DNA of 32,000 nucleotides from Candidatus Saccharimonadota bacterium (GCA_963716945.1 OY970322.1:600001-632000), one strand, 5' to 3'. Counted from the stretch's first letter, positions 1 to 7,071 are shown. Translations and numbers: made by a program. The notes: generated from the letters alone by a model not told the origin.

Positions 1-1434
1 AACGCAGCGGCAGTGTTTTAATTCCCAGGCGTTGGCACTGTCGATAGTGTCAAATGTCCGCCTTACCAGGTCTTGGAAGCCGCTGTCGGCCGGCAACGCG
101 CCGCCGAACCCGGCAATCGAATAACGCAAGGCCAAGGTGGCTGCTGGCAATAAACCCGGCCGGCCTTCTTCGTCAAGGAAGTCGTCAAAAATCGTGTAGG
201 CCGCCCAGCCGTAAAGGTTGGCTAAGCCGAGTTGACGCAACAGCGGCTGGCACGCCCGCCCTAAAGGTTTGGCCAGCGACTGGTTGAAGGCCTGCGGCAA
301 GTCGACTATTTCGGCGCCTATGGGACTGCGGGCCAGCTTGTCAAGGAAACCGACTGTCACGGTTCGCAATTCCGGCTCCAGCCCGTTACAGGCCCGCCTG
401 GCGGCCGCCAACACTTGCGGCCGGTTGCTGGTATAGCCCGGGCCGGCTTGCCGCTCGGGCCGGATCGGTTCCGTCCGCAAGGCCTGCTGGCGGTACAGCT
501 CCAACGCCTCTATTGCCAGTGCTGTCGTCAAGCTCTCGCAGCCATTGTAGTAAGTTATGCCGTCGCGGGCCGGATCCAGGCAGAAAGCTTCGGCCGGCCA
601 CGAGCCGTCGGCCGCTTGGGCGGCCAGCAAGCGTCCGGCCAGCGGGCCGGCATCCTTAGCGCCCAGCCGCAGCAAGGAAGTCGCCGACAAGGCGTTTTTA
701 AGGGGCGTCAAGTTGTTATCCTGGTCACGTGTTTGCCGTATGGCTGACAGTAGCTTGCCAGCCAACGGCCCCTTATACGACCGGGAAAGGTAATAAAAAA
801 GCGGATAAGCCGAGGCGTAATAAGGCGAGGCTAGCTGGCCCTGGCTTATGGCCTTTTCGATGAGGCCGGTAATGCTGTCCAGCGGCTGGCTGACAAGCAA
901 TAAAAGGTAGCCGATATTGGCGTTAACCGCCAGGTCGACGTCCTGCCAGGCTGCCGCGCTGCCGGCCGTCAGCCAGGTTTTGTAAGGGCCGCCGACCCGC
1001 GTTTCAGCTGCCAGCAGCAATTTTACGAACGCCGCCAGGGCTTCGGCTCCTACCAGCCCTGGTTGGTAGAGCGTCAAGCCGATTAGGGCGCAGCTGGTAT
1101 CGTCCAGGTCGTCGGGATAAGGTTGTTCGGCGCGTTCGGCCGATGCCTTGCTCCAATAGTTAAACGACCAATGCGGGCCGGCCTGGGCTTTGACAAAAGC
1201 CGCCAGGCGCCGTTTCAGCCGCCGGACTGCCGGCGTATCCGAACCGGCCAGGCCCGCCAGTATAAGGCTGGGCACGAAAGTAGTCTGATAGGTGAAAACT
1301 TTTTCGAAGCGGCCGGCCGAGGGGCTGGAGAAGCTGTCGAAGCCGCCATCCGGGCGCTGGGCCGCCGCCAGGTAGGCCGCCGCCTTGTCGATGGCGATGG
1401 TCAAGTCCCCGTCGGAGCGTAGATTATTTGGCAT
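1..1434 (-). CDS. Terpene-cyclase-like protein, truncated by window edge (prenyltransferase/squalene-oxidase-type repeats followed by a DDxxD region)
   Basis: Absent from the ORF track because no stop lies in the window. I checked plus-strand triplets 1-3, 4-6 ... 1432-1434 by hand and found no tta/cta/tca, so the minus frame is open. ATG at 1434-1432 (MPNNLRSDGDLTIAIDKAAAYLAAAQRPDGGF...). Q-x-x-DG-[GS]-[FW] repeats (AAQRPDGGF, AAQAADGSW). DLDDTS at aa 109-114 (nt 1093-1110). DDFLD at aa 417-421 (nt 172-186). Confidence 0.65.
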   Translation of the reverse strand, partial: MPNNLRSDGDLTIAIDKAAAYLAAAQRPDGGFDSFSSPSAGRFEKVFTYQTTFVPSLILAGLAGSDTPAVRRLKRRLAAFVKAQAGPHWSFNYWSKASAERAEQPYPDDLDDTSCALIGLTLYQPGLVGAEALAAFVKLLLAAETRVGGPYKTWLTAGSAAAWQDVDLAVNANIGYLLLLVSQPLDSITGLIEKAISQGQLASPYYASAYPLFYYLSRSYKGPLAGKLLSAIRQTRDQDNNLTPLKNALSATSLLRLGAKDAGPLAGRLLAAQAADGSWPAEAFCLDPARDGITYYNGCESLTTALAIEALELYRQQALRTEPIRPERQAGPGYTSNRPQVLAAARRACNGLEPELRTVTVGFLDKLARSPIGAEIVDLPQAFNQSLAKPLGRACQPLLRQLGLANLYGWAAYTIFDDFLDEEGRPGLLPAATLALRYSIAGFGGALPADSGFQDLVRRTFDTIDSANAWELKHCRCV

Positions 1435-2854
1435 GGCGTTTGAAGGGCATGGTTATAACGAAGGTCGTGCCTGCCTTGGAGCTGTTTAGGTTGATAGTGC
1501 CGCCGAAGTCCTTTTCGGCTACTTGCTTGACGATAAACAGGCCGATACCCATGCCTTTATCCTTGGTGCTGTAAAAGGGTTCAAAAACCTTAGCCTGGTC
1601 GGCCCGGCGGATACCCTTGCCGCGGTCGCTGACCGTAATTCGCAAATCGCCCCCTGTCTTGTCAACCGCTACCGTCACTGCCGCCGGGCTTTCGGACGTC
1701 GGCCTAGCGCCCTGGTAGGACTCTATGGCATTGGACAGAAGGTTGATTATGATTTGCCGGAAGCGCGTCAAGTCGCCCCGGTACATAATCGGGCGCCGCG
1801 CCGGCGGGCTATCCAGACTGACGCCGACTTCTGCCCGGTTGCTCTGGTAGCTCAGGATCTTGATAATCTCGGCGATTTCTTCTCTGACGTTGAAGCGTTC
1901 GACCTCGCTTTGGCCTTGGATTTGCCGGCGCACGCGCCGCACGACTTCGTCAATGTAGCTGATATTGTCCTGAATCCGGGTGGCAATGTCGGAGTGGGGG
2001 TCTTTGCTCAAGCCTCTGATGTCGATGCTGACGCTAGCCAGGTGGTTGGCCATATCGTGGAATAAAGCCGTGCTGAGGTGGCCGAGCTCGGCGAAGCGGT
2101 AAAATTCCTGTATCTGCTCCATCTGGGCGGCCTGCAGCTGGCGGGTCCTTTGTTCGACTTTTATTTCCAGCAAGTCACGCTGCCGCTTGAGCGCTCGCTC
2201 CGAATTTTTGGCGCGCTTGAGCGCCATTTCCATTTGTCGGTTGAACAGCCAGGAAACCAGTGCCAGAATGGCGTAAATAGTCGTGAAACTGACGACGTCG
2301 GTCGGCCGCGACGGCCGGTATATCCAAGCCAGGTCGGGTGTCCAAAAATGGTGGGCTTTGCCGTACACCAGCACGGTTAGAACCAGCCCGGTCAGCAGCG
2401 CGGCGTAGAGCGAGAAACGGGCGCCTAACAGGATGCCGGCCATAACGATAACCACGCTGAACAGCAAAATCCCGACCGGGTTAATAATATCCCAACGGTA
2501 AACGACCGATACCGCGGCTGCGAAAAAGATTCCTACCAGGACGACCGAGGGCACGAGGAGCTGCTGGCGGACCCTTGATAAGGCCAGCAGCAAAGCTATG
2601 AAGCCGAAGAGGCAAACCACGACGGCCAGCCTCAAGGCCAGGTAGGCCGCGTGAATCATGAAAAAACTGGCCAGGGTATTGATAAAAGCCGCCAGCGCCA
2701 AGCCGAGCGACCCGGCCAGCAGCCAGTTGAGCACCGCTTCCTGGTTCTGGACGTTTGGGTCGGTGGCCCGAGGCGCGATAAATATGTTGTATAGGCGGTG
2801 AATGTTCAAAGCGTCCCTCAAAAATTTAGGCCGGACATGCCGCTTAACGCTCAT
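1424..2854 (-). CDS. Sensor histidine kinase with polytopic N-terminal membrane domain
   Basis: 476 aa. About 6-7 hydrophobic helices in the N-terminal half, then a coiled-coil. H-box FHDMANHL, N-box NLLSNAIES, G1 DRGKGI, G2 GMGIGL. The stop TAA (1424-1426) lies inside the start region of the downstream ORF. Confidence 0.9.
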   Translation of the reverse strand: MSVKRHVRPKFLRDALNIHRLYNIFIAPRATDPNVQNQEAVLNWLLAGSLGLALAAFINTLASFFMIHAAYLALRLAVVVCLFGFIALLLALSRVRQQLLVPSVVLVGIFFAAAVSVVYRWDIINPVGILLFSVVIVMAGILLGARFSLYAALLTGLVLTVLVYGKAHHFWTPDLAWIYRPSRPTDVVSFTTIYAILALVSWLFNRQMEMALKRAKNSERALKRQRDLLEIKVEQRTRQLQAAQMEQIQEFYRFAELGHLSTALFHDMANHLASVSIDIRGLSKDPHSDIATRIQDNISYIDEVVRRVRRQIQGQSEVERFNVREEIAEIIKILSYQSNRAEVGVSLDSPPARRPIMYRGDLTRFRQIIINLLSNAIESYQGARPTSESPAAVTVAVDKTGGDLRITVSDRGKGIRRADQAKVFEPFYSTKDKGMGIGLFIVKQVAEKDFGGTINLNSSKAGTTFVITMPFKRHAK

Positions 2855-2885
2855 GTCCGGCCGCTGCGCGTTTACCGGACGGCGT

Positions 2886-3002
2886 TTATTCGCTGACGTC
2901 GGCCCATGGTACGGCCACGGCTTGCTGCATCAGAGCGGCCTCAATGGCGGCGTCATCGCGCATGCTGGCGTCGGTCAGTATGCTGGTAATGACATCTTTC
3001 AT
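2886..3002 (-). CDS. Small ORF (38 aa, acidic) between response regulator and kinase
   Basis: Below the 60-aa track cut-off. ATG at 3002 is preceded by AAGGAG with a 6-nt spacer (gggaAAGGAGaagccgATG). Translation MKDVITSILTDASMRDDAAIEAALMQQAVAVPWADVSE, stop TAA at 2886-2888. Third codon positions are mostly G/C, like neighbouring genes. Confidence 0.4.
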   Translation of the reverse strand: MKDVITSILTDASMRDDAAIEAALMQQAVAVPWADVSE

Positions 3003-3035
3003 CGGCTTCTCCTTTCCCTTACGATTAGCGGCCGG

Positions 3036-3713
3036 CTATGCCCGTTCCTTAATAGTATAGCCCACCCCGTAAGCAGTATGGATAAGATGCCGCTTAAACG
3101 GCCGGTCGATTTTGTCGCGCAAGCATTTGATATGAACGTCAATCGTGTTGTTCCAGGATTCGCTGCTGGCCTCCCAGACGTTGTCCATAATCATGGCCCT
3201 GGTTACGACCCGGCCCCGGTTGCGCAGCAGGTATTCCAGAACGTCGAATTCCTTGCGCCTGAGAGCGATCTTCTTACCGTCGCGTTCGACGTCGCGTTTC
3301 AGCGGGTCGAGGACCAGGCCGTCGGCTTTCAGCAAATAGGATTCCCTTGATTCCAGGTGGCCGCGCCTTAACAGGGCCAGCAGCCGGGCCCGGAATTCAT
3401 TGATGTCGAAGGGCTTGGTCACGTAATCGTCGGCGCCGGCTTGGAACAGGCTGACCTTGGTATCAGGTTCGATAATGGCACTCAGTACCAGTATCGGCGC
3501 CGATACTCCGGCTTTGCGCACCTGCCGGCAAACTTCGTGGCCGCTCATGTCGGGCAAGTTAAGGTCGAGGACGATGACGTCGTATTTGTCGCCTTTCGCC
3601 AGCTTGGCGCCCTCATAGCCGCTGGTAGCTTCCGTTATTTGCCAGCTGTCGCCCAGGTAATCCTTGATGCTCTTTATTAAGGCCAGGTTGTCGTCAATCA
3701 GTAAGAGTTTCAT
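3036..3713 (-). CDS. OmpR/PhoB-family response regulator (REC + winged-helix)
   Basis: MKLLLIDDN..., acceptor-Asp context DVIVLDLNLPDMSG, DDYVTKPF, C-terminal wHTH (EFDVLEYLLRNRGRVVTR...IHTAYGVGYTI). The track starts at GTG 3725. ATG 3713 gives the canonical MKLLLIDD N-terminus, with AGGAAG upstream. Confidence 0.9.
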   Translation of the reverse strand: MKLLLIDDNLALIKSIKDYLGDSWQITEATSGYEGAKLAKGDKYDVIVLDLNLPDMSGHEVCRQVRKAGVSAPILVLSAIIEPDTKVSLFQAGADDYVTKPFDINEFRARLLALLRRGHLESRESYLLKADGLVLDPLKRDVERDGKKIALRRKEFDVLEYLLRNRGRVVTRAMIMDNVWEASSESWNNTIDVHIKCLRDKIDRPFKRHLIHTAYGVGYTIKERA

Positions 3714-3737
3714 GTCATCAGTCACTTCCTACCCGTT

Positions 3738-3770
3738 ATTTAACAGCCCAATTATTAAATCCTTATTAAA
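3738..3770 (-). promoter_or_regulatory. Putative promoter: direct repeat TTTAATAA-N3-TTTAATAA (11-bp period), 8 nt, then -10-like TTAAAT
   Basis: Plus strand: TTATTAAAT at 3752-3760 and TTATTAAA at 3763-3770. -10-like atttaa at 3738-3743. The same geometry occurs at 4507-4540. Confidence 0.4.
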
Positions 3771-3811
3771 AAGTTATACACAGATTTAATAATTAAACAA
3801 ATCAGCCGGCT

Positions 3812-4486
3812 TTAGTCCAAGCTCAGCGTCGTGACGTTAAAACGCTGGCTGATTTCGTTACGCAAACGCAATAAATCCGGAATCGTAATCTGCCCATTGG
3901 TAGTCCTGATGAGCTGTTTGCGGTTCAAGCGGCTCAATTCCCGGCTGGCCGTCTCCCGGGTCATGTTGGTCGAGCGGGCTATGTAGTCGTTGGTTACGCG
4001 CATGGCGATGGTGGCGCTGTTGCCTTGGCAGCGGCCGAAGCGCGAAGCCAGGAAAAGCAGCCGGAAAACGACCTTCTCGCGGGCGCTGCGGTATTGCAGA
4101 TTATCGATCTCGCTGGTCAGCGCGAAGAAGTGGCCGGCCAGGACCTGCAGCGTGGCTTGCATAATGGCCGCGTCGGCCTGGATAGCCCCGATGAACTGCT
4201 CGCGCGGAACCCGCCTGAGCTCGGTCGTGTCCAGCGCCGCGAAACCGACGTCGCGGGTAATGCCGCTGACGGCCCAAGCGACGGGAAAGATTTCGCCAGG
4301 GTTGAGCGTCATCAGGATATTAGGCTCTCCGTCCTTGCATAACGAATAGACCTTCACCGAGCCCGAGACTATGTAATAAACGCCGGAAGGCATATCGCCG
4401 GCCCGGACGATGATGTCATCCCGCTGGTACAGGAGGCGGCGGCTTTGTTCGAACGGCTTTGCCAGGTTTGGCTGATCGGTAATCAT
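3812..4486 (-). CDS. Crp/Fnr-family transcriptional regulator
   Basis: 224 aa. N-terminal cNMP-binding-like beta-barrel (GDMPSGVYYIVSGSVKVY), C-terminal HTH with recognition helix RETASRELSRL. No N-terminal Cys cluster. Confidence 0.85.
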   Translation of the reverse strand: MITDQPNLAKPFEQSRRLLYQRDDIIVRAGDMPSGVYYIVSGSVKVYSLCKDGEPNILMTLNPGEIFPVAWAVSGITRDVGFAALDTTELRRVPREQFIGAIQADAAIMQATLQVLAGHFFALTSEIDNLQYRSAREKVVFRLLFLASRFGRCQGNSATIAMRVTNDYIARSTNMTRETASRELSRLNRKQLIRTTNGQITIPDLLRLRNEISQRFNVTTLSLD

Positions 4487-4506
4487 AAATCAAGCTTTCT
4501 GAGCTG

Positions 4507-4540
4507 ATTCTAGAACCCTTTTATTAAATAGTTATTAAAT
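4507..4540 (-). promoter_or_regulatory. Putative promoter: direct repeat TTTAATAA-N3-TTTAATAA, 8 nt, then -10 TAGAAT
   Basis: Plus strand: TTATTAAAT at 4521-4529 and 4532-4540 (period 11). attcta (TAGAAT) at 4507-4512. Confidence 0.4.
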
Positions 4541-4667
4541 CAATTAAAACGATAACCAAAATCATGCCTGCTCAAAGCCGTAATCATTCCGCCAGTTGAG
4601 CTATTCGCCCAAACGCGTCTAATGGCTAAGCCGCCTTTGCAATTATAATAAGTAATGGAGAGCGGTA

Positions 4668-5789
4668 TTATCGGCTGAGAGCCGCGGCTTGAGCCGGCGC
4701 CGGCGCCGTGCTGCCGGGCATGGTTGAGACTACGCACAGGGTGCTATAGCGGCCTACCAGCTGGACGCCAAGGCTGGCCTGCACGGTTTGCATCAATTCG
4801 CCGTCTTGGGCCGGTGAGCTCGCCGATCCGCCGTCCACCTCGAAATCTTCGCCGTTGCCGATGCTGCCAAGGACGACACCCAGCACGCCGCCGGCCGGCG
4901 TTTCGACGGCGCCGCCGACCGAAGCTTCGCTGCAGGCGTCCAGACTGTTTGACGGCGGATTGATGCCTACGATTTCCACGTCGCCGTCAATGCCCAGGCC
5001 GTCGGCGGCCGACATCGAGTAAGTGCCGATGAACCGGCCAAGCTCGCTGACCGGTTTGCCGCCGGGCGCGGCCAAGCCGCTGAGCGCTACCAGTTCGCCG
5101 GGTATTGGTTGTTTGTATGGCTGAGGGGCGCTAACCGGTATGGACGGTATGTTTTTGAGCGGGCGCTGCCTGGTGTCCCTGGTTTGTTCGTCAGCCGATC
5201 CGGCAGTCCGCACGCTCAAGGCGGCCGTGCCGCTGGCAGTGTCGAGCGTCATGCCGTCGACGACGGCAATCGGCGACGCGTCGCGGGCCTTGGAGGGCGA
5301 CCCCGGGTCGACAATAGCGTCTTCGACGGAAAGGCCGTTGCCAAGGCTATCGGCCGGATCGGCGCCGCCGCTTTTGTTCAAACTGGTAAACAAGTTTGCC
5401 GGCGTGTCGGCCGGATTAACGCAGCTGCCGGCTGTCAGGATGCCGGAACCGCCGCCGGCCGAAACCTTGTCGCCGGTGCATTCTTCGAACCACTCAAGTG
5501 ACGGCGTGCCGTCGACGACGGTGCGTTCGGTAATCGTGACCGTAGCTTGTGATAGGATGCCGGATTCATGCCTGCTGATATGAGACCGGAAGCCTGGCAG
5601 CTGGCCGACATTTTCGAGCGGGGCGGTCGCTTGGGGCCCTTCGGCACCGCCGGGCGGGTTGGCGGCGGAGGCCGTTTCGGCCAGTACGCCGCCCAGGACA
5701 CTGGCGCCAATCGTTATGCCGGTCACCAGGGGTGTCGCCCAGGCCTTAGCCTGCTCGTACGCACTCGCAACCATATCGGGGGCTTTCAT
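4668..5789 (-). CDS. Secreted/anchored protein with chymotrypsin (S1)-like fold signatures but Ser in place of catalytic His
   Basis: 373 aa with an N-terminal hydrophobic segment (LVTGITIGASVLGGVLA). C104...ILTAGSC123 resembles ...TAGHC. D170 sits in ARDASPIAVV. C286-SEA-S290-VGG resembles C-x-G-D-S-G-G. Confidence 0.7.
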   Translation of the reverse strand: MKAPDMVASAYEQAKAWATPLVTGITIGASVLGGVLAETASAANPPGGAEGPQATAPLENVGQLPGFRSHISRHESGILSQATVTITERTVVDGTPSLEWFEECTGDKVSAGGGSGILTAGSCVNPADTPANLFTSLNKSGGADPADSLGNGLSVEDAIVDPGSPSKARDASPIAVVDGMTLDTASGTAALSVRTAGSADEQTRDTRQRPLKNIPSIPVSAPQPYKQPIPGELVALSGLAAPGGKPVSELGRFIGTYSMSAADGLGIDGDVEIVGINPPSNSLDACSEASVGGAVETPAGGVLGVVLGSIGNGEDFEVDGGSASSPAQDGELMQTVQASLGVQLVGRYSTLCVVSTMPGSTAPAPAQAAALSR

Positions 5790-5796
5790 ATCGTAA

Positions 5797-5826
5797 CTAT
5801 TATGAACGCCAAAATTATTTTGTCAA
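5797..5826 (-). promoter_or_regulatory. Sigma70-type promoter, predicted leaderless transcript for 4668..5789
   Basis: Gene strand: TTGACA (5826-5821), 18 nt, TAATAG (5802-5797), 7 nt, ATG (5789). Confidence 0.45.
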
Positions 5827-5959
5827 CGGGGTGCCGGCATAAGCGTTTAGGTCAGGACCGGAGTTCGGGCAAAGCGTAAAAAGTTTGACATGCCCCGGAA
5901 CCTGGTCTAGTGTTATATACTATACTTAATATATCAATACAGAGCTCAGGGGGCAAAAA

Positions 5960-6229
5960 ATGGCTTCAGCTTCAAAAGAACTGTCGGGCGGATCGGGCTT
6001 AGGGCCTTCGGCTGAAGCCGGAACTGAAAACGGCCATGGAGTTGGCGAGCGGCCATCGCTTGGTGAAGTCTCCAGCATGGCCGTGCATGTCGCCGTACAC
6101 GACGAGCTGCCTTTCGGGCGGCCTGAAATACAGGTTCCCGGCCGGCAGATTGAGCCGCCTAAGGACCCCTCGGCCGTGACCATCAAGTTCATCCCCGAAC
6201 CCCCGCGCCACCACCGCTGGAACGGCTGA
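5960..6229 (+). CDS. Hypothetical small protein (89 aa); coding status uncertain
   Basis: ATG is preceded by GGGGG 8 nt upstream and by TGTTATATA at 5911-5919. The stop TGA lies in the loop of hairpin 6220-6242. The opposite strand is also open in the same triplet phase, and the region is full of inverted repeats. Confidence 0.3.
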   Translation: MASASKELSGGSGLGPSAEAGTENGHGVGERPSLGEVSSMAVHVAVHDELPFGRPEIQVPGRQIEPPKDPSAVTIKFIPEPPRHHRWNG

Positions 6230-6328
6230 CCGGCGGCCGTTCAAGATACGCAGTCAGCAACAGTGATAAATCGTACAGCATAGGATGCAGTAAGCTGCTA
6301 AAGTACAAGTAATACAAAGAGCATAAAC

Positions 6329-6358
6329 TTGACAAGTATATAAAGCTAATTGTATAAA
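6329..6358 (+). promoter_or_regulatory. Sigma70-type promoter for the acidic-protein gene (near-leaderless)
   Basis: TTGACA 6329-6334, 18 nt, TATAAA 6353-6358, ATG 10 nt downstream. No SD is possible in that space. Confidence 0.5.
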
Positions 6359-6368
6359 TGTAGTAGTT

Positions 6369-6761
6369 ATGTCTGAAGTACACCGCAGCAGTGCGATAAG
6401 GGACTATCTCGAGAGCGACCCCACGGTGTCGATAGATACGCCGCTGGAAGTGGAGTTGGAGCTTGAGGGCGTCAGTAATTTTCTGCGCGAATTCGGGGCT
6501 TTAGGCCTGGAAGACCGCCTGGAGATTGACGACGAGCTAGTGTTGGAAACTGATGGCTTGGACAAGGCTCCGGCTATGCTGCTTGAAATGACGGTGCCAG
6601 AAGACGTCCAGAATTTGCTGGAGGGCTTTGAGAAGCTATTTGTAGACCTCGACCCGCCGGACGAACCGGACGGTGCTCTTGTGCTGGTCGGTCCCGGGGA
6701 CGACTTGGATGGCGGCCGGGGCGGCAGCGGCGGCTCGGGCCGCGTCCCCAGCTTGGTCTAG
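6369..6761 (+). CDS. Hyper-acidic hypothetical protein (130 aa)
   Basis: By my count 32 Asp+Glu against 8 Lys+Arg. Gly-rich tail GGRGGSGGSGRVPSLV. Own promoter. Confidence 0.6.
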   Translation: MSEVHRSSAIRDYLESDPTVSIDTPLEVELELEGVSNFLREFGALGLEDRLEIDDELVLETDGLDKAPAMLLEMTVPEDVQNLLEGFEKLFVDLDPPDEPDGALVLVGPGDDLDGGRGGSGGSGRVPSLV

Positions 6762-6775
6762 TTATTTATAAAATA

Positions 6776-7009
6776 TCAGCGATGCCGCCGGGCCTGTATG
6801 ATGTCATACAGCGCATGGCCTAACCCGGCGATGCCGAAAACGGTGATGCCTATTAGTCCGGAAGTTTCATCGCCGCCGGTGGCGACGCCGACTATAGCCC
6901 CTAAAACGGCCGTGGCCGGCGTTTCTAAAGCTACCCGGCCGAAGTCGCGCAAGGTACTTGGTTCTCGAGGCGCGGCGGGCTGTTCTTCCTGGTGTCCGTC
7001 TTCAAACAT
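6776..7009 (-). CDS. Hypothetical small membrane protein (77 aa, two hydrophobic helices)
   Basis: AVLGAIVGVATGG and LIGITVFGIAGLGHALY segments. More protein-like than the overlapping plus-strand ORF 6798..7028. It lies just after a terminator-like hairpin, so its expression signal is unclear. Confidence 0.4.
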   Translation of the reverse strand: MFEDGHQEEQPAAPREPSTLRDFGRVALETPATAVLGAIVGVATGGDETSGLIGITVFGIAGLGHALYDIIQARRHR

Positions 7010-7026
7010 AATCTACACGGTAACAT

Positions 7027-7056
7027 AAAAAAGACCTTGTAGCAAATACAGGTTCT
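7027..7056 (-). terminator. Putative intrinsic terminator after 7072..7812
   Basis: Gene strand: imperfect stem ACCUGU/ACAAGGU followed by UUUUUU (plus-strand A-run 7027-7032). Confidence 0.4.
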
Positions 7057-7071
7057 AGATGTGCGTAACGG

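Noticed and set aside
4497-4512. TCTGAGCTGATTCTAG resembles the Crp-like site at 18858 (shares GAGCTGA-TC) and overlaps the -10 of the first Crp/Fnr gene
   Set aside because: It is a poor palindrome (left half 2/5 to TGTGA). An 8-10 nt shared string is expected by chance at this window size. I did not call it a site.
6190-6215. CCCCGAACCCCCGCGCCACCACC looked superficially like a tRNA/tmRNA T-arm plus CCA end
   Set aside because: No complementary T-stem or acceptor stem can be drawn on either strand. No GTTCGA-type loop is present, and there is no tag-peptide reading frame.
5999-6244. Minus-strand 81-aa ORF containing LVVYGDMHGHAGDF, reminiscent of the GDxHG metallophosphoesterase motif
   Set aside because: It has a TTG start with no SD or promoter. 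It ends about 25 aa after the motif, and none of the following phosphoesterase motifs (GDxxDRG, GNHE) is present. At best it is a relic, so I kept it only as part of the ambiguous-region finding.
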